From the NCBI GenBank assembly GCA_000004985.1, contig GG738851.1: DNA of 64,000 nucleotides; one strand, given 5' to 3'. The DNA comes from Naegleria gruberi. Taxonomy: Eukaryota. Below the pieces are notes generated by a model. The model was not told the origin of the DNA and ran no database searches. It worked only from the letters and a program-made list of their open reading frames with translations. This document shows, in pieces, positions 41,673-52,000 of this stretch (its first letter is position 1; every line of letters begins with the position of its first letter). The position numbers were made by a program, and so were the translations under genes.

Positions 41673-42191
41673 TTATTGTTGTGGTTGTTGAGCAGCAGCT
41701 TGCATTTGTTTCACTTCTTCTGGTGTAAATTCAGTTTCATAAACACCATTCCATTGTAAGAACTTCATCTTTGGTGGAATGTGGTCCTTTGGTATATCAC
41801 AGTCATATTCAAGAGTAATAGCTTCATCCTTTTCATATTTGACATCATCAGCGTCAATTTCCCAAGCTCTCCATTCGGCAACCTTTGGAATTAAATCAAG
41901 TTGATCTTCCAATAAAACAATAATTTCTTCAACTTGTCCTCTGTTCAAAGTGTCTTCAACAACTTGATAATCATCAGTTGATCTACAAACTTGACTAATA
42001 TATTTAAAGTTATTTTCGTTTGATGTTCTGAAAAAGGTTCCCTTTGGAATGTTGCATGAATCCAACTTGTTCAATCCGTCATCACAGAGCATTAAAATCA
42101 TTTCTCTCCATCTTGGTTGGGCAGGGAAACCGACGATACCAGTCATGGTCTTGACTCTTGGAGCCAATAATTTGGAGCAAGCACGAAACAT
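41673..42191 (-). CDS. NDUFA5: NADH dehydrogenase (ubiquinone) 1 alpha subcomplex subunit 5 (B13)-like
   Basis: 172 aa. TMTGIVGFPAQPRWREMILML..., then ...TLNRGQVEEIIVLLEDQLDLIPKVAEWRAWE, parallels the NDUFA5 core (TTGLVGL..., [34 protein letters not shown]). Confidence 0.6.
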   Translation of the reverse strand: MFRACSKLLAPRVKTMTGIVGFPAQPRWREMILMLCDDGLNKLDSCNIPKGTFFRTSNENNFKYISQVCRSTDDYQVVEDTLNRGQVEEIIVLLEDQLDLIPKVAEWRAWEIDADDVKYEKDEAITLEYDCDIPKDHIPPKMKFLQWNGVYETEFTPEEVKQMQAAAQQPQQ

Positions 42192-42865
42192 TTTTTGTTT
42201 GATGATTTTAAAAATATTTTAATTTTATTAAATTTTGCTTTTCTCTTCTTCCGTGGTGGTACAAGGTGTTGTAGTTAAACATATTTGATATATCATTGAA
42301 TTTCTTATTGGAATGAATGGTCAGTTTATTGGAATGAATTGTATTCCAATTATGTTTTGTTAAAATTTTAAATAATTGTAGAGTTATTCTATTTGATTGT
42401 AGTTATACTATATGATAATTTTAAGAATTAATTTTCTTCTGTTATCTTTCTCTTGTACATTTACGAGAATAGAGTGATTAGCCATTGATGATTGATTCTA
42501 ATTCCATTATTATTTAATTATTAGAATATGCTCCACCTCCGAGATGGTATTCCAAAAAATCAAAAAGATATGAATATCTGCTTTATTCATCCAATACATT
42601 TAATCTTTCCATAGATCATCTATTCCAACAAATATTACATTAATTTCATCCAATCCAGTCTGTATGCTGTTCCTCATCATTTTAATACCATCGATTTTTT
42701 TTACTCATTTCTTGCTTGCCAAACTTCCATTGTAAAAATACTGTCAACCCTAAGTTTTATAAAAATTTGTTGAAAAAAAAATAATCAAAGGTAATGTCGT
42801 CAATATCATCATCATTTTTTACTAACTAATTTCCTCTAAATTATTTTCTTGTTGCAACACAGACA

Positions 42866-43288
42866 ATGGTCAGAAACGCTGCTACACCAGTTGTTGGTAA
42901 GAAGGTTAAGGGAGTCAAGAAGACTAGACAAATTACCTACAAGTTCCACGTTGATGCTCACATCCCAGTTCAAGATGGTATCCTTGATTTGGATCACTTC
43001 GAACAATACATTAGAGATAAGTTCAAGGTTGACGGAAAGGCTGGTAACTTGAAGGATAAGGTCAGATTCCACAAGAAGTTGAACAGACTCTATGTTTTCA
43101 CTGAAGTTAAGACATCCAAGAGATATTTGAAGTATCTTACCAAGAAGTACCTCAAGAAGCACAGTTTGAGAGATTGGTTGCACGTTGTCTCCAAGCAAAA
43201 CCAAAGAGCTTATGAATTGAGATACTACAATATTGCCGGTGATCAAGAAGAAGCTGCTGAACAAGAAGAAGAAGAAACCAAGCAATAA
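42866..43288 (+). CDS. RPL22: 60S ribosomal protein eL22
   Basis: ITYKFHVDAHIPVQDGILDLDHFEQYIRDKFKVDGKAGNLKDKV...SKRYLKYLTKKYLKKHSLRDWLHVVSKQNQRAYELRYYNI plus an acidic tail. SKRYLKYLTKKYLKK matches eL22 almost exactly. Confidence 0.85.
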   Translation: MVRNAATPVVGKKVKGVKKTRQITYKFHVDAHIPVQDGILDLDHFEQYIRDKFKVDGKAGNLKDKVRFHKKLNRLYVFTEVKTSKRYLKYLTKKYLKKHSLRDWLHVVSKQNQRAYELRYYNIAGDQEEAAEQEEEETKQ

Positions 43289-43454
43289 ATTTATCAAAAA
43301 ACCATTTAAAATTATTAAATTCAATTCTCTATTATTTTTTGCAGTATTAAGTTGGTAAGATAATCAATGAATTTCCGAAGTTGTTCACTTTTCCACCATC
43401 CACTTGAATCCTTTCAAGTTGGTTGATAAAAAGAAAATAATATTAAGATAAAGA

Positions 43455-43580
43455 TTTTTGAGAGTCATGAAGCCTGCAGCGTGTATTGAAAGGAGCTGGA
43501 GGAGAACAAACAATCTAGGCTATATGAGGTAGTTCGAGCAGGTCAAAGGTCGAAATCAATGACCCGCAGATACGTACCCA
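43455..43580. other. Isolated GC-rich ~125-nt island in AT-rich spacer between convergent genes (candidate small ncRNA)
   Basis: ATGAAGCCTGCAGCGTGTATTGAAAGGAGCTGGAGGAGAACAAACAATCTAGGCTATATGAGGTAGTTCGAGCAGGTCAAAGGTCGAAATCAATGACCCGCAGATACGTACCCAATGG is about 48% GC against roughly 20% in its flanks. It contains the hairpin GGTCA-(14 nt)-TGACC. There is no long ORF and it does not fold as a tRNA. Confidence 0.2.
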
Positions 43581-43923
43581 ATGGTAGTAATCATTTTCAC
43601 CAATTATCAACCTTTCCTTCACACTTTTCATTTTATCGAGAACAACATTTTGGTTTATTAATTTGTTTATTTCTAAAAAATTAATCACCCAAATATTTCA
43701 AATTATCTTTGAACAATTAATGTAGCATTGTTTTATTAGCAAAATTTGTGGTCCTAGTAGCATCTTAGCTGAAAAAACTCCTCAATGATAAAAACATGAT
43801 GATTCTCTCTAAAAATTAACACCCAAACAAATGAAAGTACTCTTTTCCAAACTCTCAAAACTTGAAATCAAGCCCATCATCTTTTGTCAGGTATTCTCAC
43901 ACTCACTTGATATATCTGTTTAT

Positions 43924-44910
43924 CTATCTCAATCTATCAACAAGTGTTTCAAAAATCAAATCCAAATTTAATCCCTGTTTGGCACTCGTCTCAAAATATT
44001 GCATATCATTGTCCATTGCAAATTCACGAGCAATCTTTTCTGAAATGACTCTCTTATCGGTGAGATCTACCTTATTTCCAACTAGAATGGAAACAACATT
44101 GGGTGCTGAGAACTTTTTCACTTCTCTATGAATTTCACATGTATTGAATTAATTGAATTTCATTTGAATTTTACACAAATTATTCATCAATATTTGAATA
44201 ATTTAACAGAATTGCAAATTATTTAATGACATTGAGGTTAATTTATCCAATTAAAATAGTAAATCTTACTTACTTGATCCATTTTTGAACATTTGCCAAT
44301 GCCCTATCATCAGTCAAATCAAAAACCACAATTACAGCAGGTATTCCTCTATAATATGAATTTGTAATCTGTTATTAAAATCAATTTTTCCAAATAAAAT
44401 TGCAAAATTCCAAAAATCCCCAAATTTTCATTCCACTTACAGTTCTATATCTTTCCTATTTGTAATTTCAATGAATTTATAATAAATAAATGGGGTTTAA
44501 AAAATACAAACCTGTCCAGCAGTATCCCATATTTGTATTGCTATTGTTTTATCTCCTTTTTTCAAATACTTTAGTTTAAAATCGACTCCGATAGTAGAAA
44601 CTAATCCTTCATCAAATTTTCCTTCTGTATATTTCAAAACAAGTGAACTTTTACCACAATTCGAATCTCCAATGACCAACATTTTGACCATTTCATCACT
44701 GAAATTTGTTAGAAAGCATGAAAACTAAGTCGAAACTTACTATTTTTGTTTCTCGTTGTTGTTCGAATCAAGTGTGATGATAGTATTATTGTGCACCGGA
44801 TTAGATAGAATTAAATCATTACTGGCCGAATAATTATTCGGACGAGAAACTTCACTGTTCGAAGAAGGGACATTAGTTTGGTTTCTTCCATGATGATTGC
44901 AATTTCCCAT
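43924..44910 (-). CDS. Rab/Ras-like small GTPase with an N-terminal MGxC (myristoylation/palmitoylation) extension and no C-terminal Cys. Model: complement(join(43924..44125, 44274..44368, 44512..44698, 44741..44910)).
   Basis: Four exons joined by GTAAGT/GTTTGT...AG introns of 42, 143 and 148 nt, all restoring frame: MGNCNHHGRNQTNVPSSNSEVSRP...NNNEKQKY|DEMVKMLVIGDSNCGKSSLV...IQIWDTAGQ|ITNSYYRGIPAVIVVFDLTDDRALANVQKWIK|EVKKFSAPNVVSILVGNKVDL...FETSAKQGLNLDLIFETLVDRLR*. G1 GDSNCGKS, G3 DTAGQ, G4 NKVD and G5 ETSAK are present. The ERF of switch II is absent. Confidence 0.6.
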
Positions 44911-45206
44911 TATTTCCACTTTCTTTAAGATAATTGTGATGATAACTTGTAAAACAGAGAATAGTTTGTGTCCTGTGTATGTGTGGTTTCGAAAAGAACA
45001 ATTCGAACTAGTGTATTTTTTTTATGCGAAACGAAATGTGACAAATAAACTAAACTGGCTAATTAACTTTGATATCCACTAAAGTGAATACAATTCTCTA
45101 TTGCAATCCATCATTTCAGTTCTACAAAACCTTTTCTAAATTCATTAAAGTTCGTCAGCTTTACAATTTTATTTACATTTAATACTTTAACTATTTACAA
45201 AAAATT

Positions 45207-45857
45207 TTACAAGGCAAGTGCCAAAATTAATGCAATCACACCAATAATTACCAAACCAGTTACCACTACAGCTGCAGAAATGTAAATCCATCTCTTTGCC
45301 ATGGCCCATTTGAGCTTTCTTCCTCCACGTTGGAAAATTTCTGCTTGTTCTCTCAGCGAATCAGTTTCAACAATTAATTCGTGCATCTTTTTCTGATTAT
45401 CCAAAATTTTATCAATGTTGATAATCATGACATTCTTGACTTCATCTACTGCATTTTGTAATTTGGAGATCTTGTCATTGTTTGTATCGTTGTGGAATTG
45501 CATGAGCTTGGTCAAGTTGACTTGTTTCTTGTGTTGATGATATTCTGTGGACATGGATTCAATCATATTCCAACAGATACGTTGCTTGCCATCTTGTGTA
45601 CTAATGACAACATAGAATAAATCACCAAGAGATGATCTTTCTCTCTTGATGAAGAAATTGAACATTTCATGAGTGAGAATGAGCTTGTCATAATTTGACA
45701 TATTTTCCTTATTGACCATTTTTGGAATGACTTTTTGTTCAATGACCATTCTCAAAGTCTTTTGGCAAGATGTTTCAGCAATGACTGAAATATTGACGGA
45801 ATTATCCATTGTACTCTTGATAATTCCTTCAGCAATCAATGCATAAGTAATTGACAT
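45207..45857 (-). CDS. Longin-domain R-SNARE (Sec22/VAMP7-like) with C-terminal TM anchor
   Basis: 216 aa. N-terminal longin-like fold, then the SNARE heptads KISKLQNAVDEVKNVMIINIDKILDNQKKMHELIVETDSLREQAEIFQRGGRKLK, then the TM segment WIYISAAVVVTGLVIIGVIALILALAL. Confidence 0.55.
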   Translation of the reverse strand: MSITYALIAEGIIKSTMDNSVNISVIAETSCQKTLRMVIEQKVIPKMVNKENMSNYDKLILTHEMFNFFIKRERSSLGDLFYVVISTQDGKQRICWNMIESMSTEYHQHKKQVNLTKLMQFHNDTNNDKISKLQNAVDEVKNVMIINIDKILDNQKKMHELIVETDSLREQAEIFQRGGRKLKWAMAKRWIYISAAVVVTGLVIIGVIALILALAL

Positions 45858-46576
45858 TTTTCGATATTTATTTGATAGAAAAGAAACTAAAAAAACGTTA
45901 TATTCGATTAGTAGACAATCTCTAGTTTGAATTTATGTTGTTTTTTTCATTGTTTCCATTCAACTTTGCTCTTAAATAATTAAATTCTTTACTAGTATTG
46001 ACAAGAATTTTTTATTTTTAGCTGCACGGTTCAATGTTAAACGTTTTTCCTTTTTACTGAAATGTTGAATGGATTCTAGAAGGCAACGGTCAAGTGATGA
46101 CGAAAGCAATTATCATCGTACCTCCAACGTTAATTTGTTAATTCTGAAAAACTGTTCTTGCAATGTTCTATTTACAAGATTTTCAATGATTTTCTGAAAG
46201 TGTTGTTGATCCGAATGTGATTTAGAATGCAGTAATTGACAAGTTATTTGAAAACATGGTTAGATAATTGATCTTTCAGGTTCCTTTTCAATTTGAATGT
46301 GTGTTTCTAAAAGGTGTGAGTGGGCCCCAGCGTTTTACTTTTATTAGAAACCAAATAAGATTCAAAAACTATTGACGTAATTTACCTTTTTATTTAAATT
46401 GGACAAGAACATGGAAATTCTAACTCCTTTTGAATAATAGAAGATCTATAGGAATAGAATTTCCTCAAACCTAAATTAACCTTTTTTGGAAATTGGTCCT
46501 ATTGAGATATTTGATCAACTCACTTTTATTGGCCCTTGCATTGCTTTTCATCAAACCAAACAAGAAAAAAAGAATA

Positions 46577-47845
46577 ATGCGATCCAGAGTTAAATTTTGC
46601 CTATCATTGTTTGTTATTTTGATGTTTTTGTTTGTTGTCTATTGTCAAGTAGACGAAAGTCCAACACCAGAGTTTTCATTAGAAACACCAACACCTGAAG
46701 AATCCTCAGCTCCTGAGCAACCTACTCCAGAACAATCAGTTAGTCAACCAACACCTGAAGAGTCAAGTCCAAATGAGCAGCCTACACCTGAAGTATCAGA
46801 TACACCAATTCCAGAAGAATCTACTAGTCAACCAACACCTGAAACCTCAAGTGAACAACCTGAGCCTGAAGCTTCTACTGAGCAACCAACACCTGAATCA
46901 TCAACAGAAACTCCAATTCCAGAAGAATCTTCAAGTCAACCAACACCTGAAACTTCAAGTGAGCAACCAACACCAGAAGAATCAACTAGTCAACCAACAC
47001 CAGAAGTATCTGAAACTCCATTTCCAGAAGAATCTACTAGTCAACCTACTCCTGAGACATCTAGTGAACAGCCAACACCTGAATCATCAACTGAACAACC
47101 AACACCAGAAACATCTGATGTGCCAACACCTGAAACATCAAGTGAACAACCTGTTCCAGAAGAATCTACTAGTCAACCAACACCTGAAACTTCAAGTGAA
47201 CAACCAACACCAGAAGTGTCAGATCCACCAGTTCCAGAAGATTCTAATAGTCAACCAACACCTGAAACATCTGTAGATCAACCAACTCCAGAAGTATCTG
47301 AAACTCCAATTCCAGAGGAATCAATTTCACCTGAAACATCTGAAACTCCACAACCAGAAAGCTCAACTGAAACACCAACACCTGAAGAATCAATTGCTCC
47401 TGAACCTTCTGAACCAACAACTCCAGAAACATCAAGTGAACAACCAACTCCAGAGGAATCTTCCACCACTCAACCAGAAACATCTTCAACAACTAGTCCA
47501 GAAACTTCTCAAGAAACCACTCAACCAGAATCATCCACTGCATCAGAAAATCCAACCACTCCAGAATCATCAAGTCAATCCACTGATTCCACTGACTCAA
47601 CTGATGATACAAGCTCACAAACAGAAGATTTTGAAAATACCCTCTTCTCAGCAGAAGAAGATGAAGACGATTCAATTATCGGAGCTCAAGTATTAAGCAA
47701 TGCACCAAGTTTCAAGATTAGAGTTAAGAATCAAGCAAGATGTAAACGTTCCTTGCAGGGATGTGTTGCCTTGATGAAGAATTGTAAGCAAGAACCTAAA
47801 TTCTTCTTGGATGGAAATGGATGTATTCTATGTGAATGTCATTGA
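46577..47845 (+). CDS. Secreted Pro/Thr/Glu/Ser-rich tandem-repeat (mucin-like) protein with a C-terminal 6-Cys module
   Basis: Signal peptide MRSRVKFCLSLFVILMFLFVVYCQV. About 25 imperfect repeats of ~11-12 aa follow (QPTPE(E/T)S(T/S)S(E/Q)). The C-terminus is CKRSLQGCVALMKNCKQEPKFFLDGNGCILCEC. The antisense and alternate-frame ORFs over this region are repeat artefacts. Confidence 0.6.
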   Translation: MRSRVKFCLSLFVILMFLFVVYCQVDESPTPEFSLETPTPEESSAPEQPTPEQSVSQPTPEESSPNEQPTPEVSDTPIPEESTSQPTPETSSEQPEPEASTEQPTPESSTETPIPEESSSQPTPETSSEQPTPEESTSQPTPEVSETPFPEESTSQPTPETSSEQPTPESSTEQPTPETSDVPTPETSSEQPVPEESTSQPTPETSSEQPTPEVSDPPVPEDSNSQPTPETSVDQPTPEVSETPIPEESISPETSETPQPESSTETPTPEESIAPEPSEPTTPETSSEQPTPEESSTTQPETSSTTSPETSQETTQPESSTASENPTTPESSSQSTDSTDSTDDTSSQTEDFENTLFSAEEDEDDSIIGAQVLSNAPSFKIRVKNQARCKRSLQGCVALMKNCKQEPKFFLDGNGCILCECH

Positions 47846-48093
47846 TAGGAGATTTAATATTATTATTTATTATTATTATTATCTATTTGTAAACATATAT
47901 ATTTAAATAAATTGTGAGAGTTAAAGAATTAAAAATAATTTTACATATTCTTAATTTACATCTAAAGTAGCATGATCCGATTATTAAATAATTAAATATT
48001 TAATATTTAATATTGAATTTAATTTAGTGTGATGAGAAACATTTTTAGGCTTTGGGAATTAAAATCTAAAAAAAAATATTATACAACAAGACA

Positions 48094-49050
48094 ATGAAAT
48101 TCTTCCCATTCCATTCTTCTTCTACTGGTGATGTATCATCGGATGTTGAGATCAAACAATTGTTACAACAAGCTGAGTTTTGTATGATCTCCGTACCTAG
48201 TATCGGAAATGTTGGACAATTGGCTATGGATTTTATGATTTCAACTTTTTATAATTCGAAATGTGCTCATATTAGTAAATTGGGATATTTAGAGACAGGA
48301 TTCTTGTTGCATTGTGTTGGTAATGATCCATATGTTCATCATAGAGATAATCATGTTGGAGAGGTGCACTCTGCTCTTGAAGTTTACTCTTTGCAATTCC
48401 ACACTCCTGGAAAACCAGAAGAAAAAGTTGGATCAAATATTGTTTTGATTCACTGTCGTTCTATTATAATTTATCCAACACTTTTTGTCAGAGATCTTAA
48501 TGAGTGGTTAGCTCAAGGAAATGATGATTACTTTTTGAAGAGTTTGCAAAATCTCATTATTTTGAGCTCTGCTAATGCAGGATTGCAAGATGATAGCTTT
48601 ATTCAATTTTTACAAGAAAAGCCACTTGAATTTGGTTTGGCAACTCTCTCATGTGATGTAAATGTAGTAGATGAAACAACCTTCCCACATGATCAATATC
48701 TTTCAAATATTCCAAAACTCGACAGACAAAAGTATCCACTATTTGTTTCAGGTGTAAATGCTAAATTAATGGAAAATCAAGAAACTTTTGGAAAGAATGG
48801 TGAAAGTAATGGACAAGTTAGAAAGTTGAACAGAGCTATTGTCTTTATGATTTGTAATGAAGGAGAAAACTCAATTCATGGTACTGCATTATGTAGAGTT
48901 GTGACTGGAGAAATTATTTTACCATTTATCAAGAACAATAATAAGGGAACACTTCCATTTGAAACATTGGACTCTATTGAATGGAAGATTCCACACAGTT
49001 GGAGACATTTCTATGGTAATCCAATTTCTGATTTAAATTTGTACAATTAA
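48094..49050 (+). CDS. PSMG2: Proteasome assembly chaperone 2 (PAC2)
   Basis: FCMISVPSIGNVGQLAMDFMISTF matches the PSMG2 N-terminal motif (..VGNVGQLAMDLIIST). The C-terminal WKIPHSWRHFYGNPIS matches WKIPSSWRLLFG. Confidence 0.65.
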   Translation: MKFFPFHSSSTGDVSSDVEIKQLLQQAEFCMISVPSIGNVGQLAMDFMISTFYNSKCAHISKLGYLETGFLLHCVGNDPYVHHRDNHVGEVHSALEVYSLQFHTPGKPEEKVGSNIVLIHCRSIIIYPTLFVRDLNEWLAQGNDDYFLKSLQNLIILSSANAGLQDDSFIQFLQEKPLEFGLATLSCDVNVVDETTFPHDQYLSNIPKLDRQKYPLFVSGVNAKLMENQETFGKNGESNGQVRKLNRAIVFMICNEGENSIHGTALCRVVTGEIILPFIKNNNKGTLPFETLDSIEWKIPHSWRHFYGNPISDLNLYN

Positions 49051-49074
49051 TCCTATAAATAAGGTATTCCACAC

Positions 49075-52000
49075 TCAATTTATACTCAAATTCATCAAGA
49101 CAATTACAATTACTATCCAATTCAGATGCACTTTTTTAGAGCTATTAATCGTCAAGTTTCCCAAGTGTGAGGACTTAATTGGTGAAGGTATTGGCTTGTT
49201 GACAGGGTAACTGGAATGTGTTGGAGATGGCGTTGGCACATTGGTTGAGTTGTTGGCTGTGCTATTTGAAATTGGTTGAGGAGAAGATATTGGGTTTAGC
49301 TGTTCCACAATATTCCACTTGAATGGAATGGATATTAATTGTGAAATTCCATTCAATCCAACACCTTTCATTACCTTTTCCATTGGAATGCCCAATCTCA
49401 AAACTGAACAATTGGTTGTTGAATTGTGAACCAAGACAGGAAAGGTAATATTGTCAAATACCATATTTGCTTCTAATCCAGTGCAATTCACACTCGATAA
49501 TGGAATATCTTCCCTCAGCACTCTTCTAGTATCAATCTCAATACTCACATTACTATTTCCAGTTAAGGAAAGACTAAAGAATGAAGTGAGAAGTAGAGTT
49601 TGGGGCCATGTTGAATATCTCTCAACTATAACACTTGGTGTCGATTCAGAAACCACTGGTCCATCAACGTCTACATTTTCCACGTAAATTCTAACTCCAT
49701 TATCTGGTTCCCATCCATTTTCGTTTAGTTTCTTAATGAGAGGAATGTACTTTTTAAAGAGCTCTCTGTGTGGGTTATACAACAATGGATTATCCCAATA
49801 TCTTGAATTCATGGCATCTGCAGAGAAGAATGATGGATAAATGGCATAGAATGCACAATGTCTGAAATATGTTTCCACAAATTCCAAATTAATCATTGAG
49901 AATTTCACATTAAGGATAGTACTATATGGTTTCTTATAGGCCAAAGTTCGTATAAAACTCAACTTGGCTTCAGAATAAGGTGCATACTTAGCATTATTAT
50001 AATTAATCCAAACTACTTCTGTTCCCAAATTGTCAATCATGTTAAATCCGAAAAAGTATTCAGAAAGAACTCCATTACTCATTCCCAATCCACCATGTTC
50101 ATGCAAGAATTTGGTGATCATATCTACATAATCTATGGAAGAGAACCATTCAACCATTCCTACTCTAGAGTTGTAATATGTGAAGCACAGATGTGATTGA
50201 TTGAGGACTGACAAGTGATCTTGACTGAAATCCAATTCGTAGCCATTACTACCCCATGAATCAAAGAATTCTCCACTCAAATTATGAAACTTATGTTGAG
50301 GATTGAGGTAGATATTCCTTGCATCCTCATTCCATTCAGATTCTTCCTTACTCAGATAATTCAATGGAATTGGTGGCTTGGCTCTAATTCCTGGCTGTGA
50401 GTTTACAATGAAGACAGCACAAGGTTTTGTACACCACGGATAGTCAACATCCTGATAATTGTAAAACCCATTCTTGTTCTTAATTCCACTCACTAGCGCT
50501 GTCTGACACTGAACTCTATCGTATTCAATGAGTGCTGAATTATTTCCACAATCAATTGTTGCCTGAATTACTTGCGTGTAATTGGAAGGATCTGTTTGAG
50601 GTGAAAATCTTTGAAGATGAATATAAGCAGATGAAGATTCTGTCAAATATCTGAAGGTTCTAATATTGTGTTGCGCTCCAAATGGAATATCTCTATCTGA
50701 ATCTCCAATTTGATGAACACCAATTCCAAAATCTTCTATCTTTTCAATTTGTGTTAAATCACTGAAAGCTACCCATAATCCTTGTTGTGAATTTGGAATT
50801 CTTACTTTAAAGTAATCTGGGAATATCAAGGAGTAATCATCAATGGCTGATCTGAAAGGATAAGCCAATGGTTTTCCAAATGAATCCTCAGTTTTTGACA
50901 ATTTAAATAAACTCAACTGAACAGTTGCCTTATTAGGCGATAGAGTTTGAAGAGCACTTAACCCAATGTCAAATGCCACATATAATAATCTAGTGCCAGG
51001 ATTGAATGCCAATCTGAATATTCTTGGCTTGTCTGCTGGCACTCCAATTCCTATTCCAACATTTGAAGAGTTAACCATTCGAGTAGCCAAAGCTGCTAAA
51101 GGATACAAACCAATAAGACCATTATTGGATCCAAGATTTCCAAAGGTTGTCAAAGAGGAAAATTCAGAGCTTGTTTCTTTTACAGATCTTGACATTCTAA
51201 TAAAATCTCCCCATAACCAATTCATGGAAAAATCAGAGATTGGAATGCCAATATAAACAGTCAAAGCTCTTTCTGATTGTTGTGAATCAATATTCTCAAT
51301 AATACACTCAATATCAATGGAAAGATTTGTTGCCCTGTATGTGGTTTTTGTTGATAACATCAGTTCACTATTTCTTGAATTCACCTCAAGTGTTGACGAA
51401 TCTGAATTATTCAAAACTGAACCAGTCATTAAAATGAAAGAAGCATTATTTGATTGCTGACTATTGAAATCTTTCACAAACACTCCACCAACATAGAAAT
51501 CCGAAAGTGGTGACAATTCAGTCCCATTAATACTTGTTCCAATAATACTTCCATATTCAGAATCGAATGAAAGAGCCAATCCATTCCCACTCTCAATCTT
51601 TCTAATCCGTTTGCTTAAATCTATTGGTGGTAACGATTCTGGAACTCTTGCCACAGTGAAAGATTTATCAAATTTAGTAACCAAATTAGTCTTGAGCTCA
51701 CCAACAAAGATATCATCAAAATAGACAGTTCCAGTATGACCCCACCTAAATATACAATAAATAGTTAAGAATAGAATGGGTTTCTCTGGAAATATCACAC
51801 CATACTTATATTCCCAATCATGACTTCCAACAGAGAAGTGAACTTGCTGACCCCACAATGATTTCCAATCCGTATAGGTCACATCAATATAGAAACTGTA
51901 ACCATCATCCCCCACACCTGTAACATTCACTGCCTTAGACCAAGCAGAAAAGAACATGGCCTTTGGTTCTGTGTGAAATAAATTCATATACTGATAGGCA

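Noticed and set aside
43455-43580. GC-rich island as a tRNA or snRNA (U1/U2/U4/U5/U6)
   Set aside because: Cannot be folded into a cloverleaf and shows no match to the conserved snRNA boxes I can recall. Kept only as an unclassified candidate ncRNA.
46650-47700. Regularly spaced short repeats that might suggest a CRISPR-like array, and multiple overlapping ORFs on both strands (46773..47276, 47244..47492, 47278..47469, 47394..47696, 47493..47675)
   Set aside because: The periodicity is a protein-coding PTPEESTSQ tandem repeat in a eukaryotic secreted-protein gene. The other frames are open only because of the repeat. There are no spacers and no CRISPR context (eukaryote).
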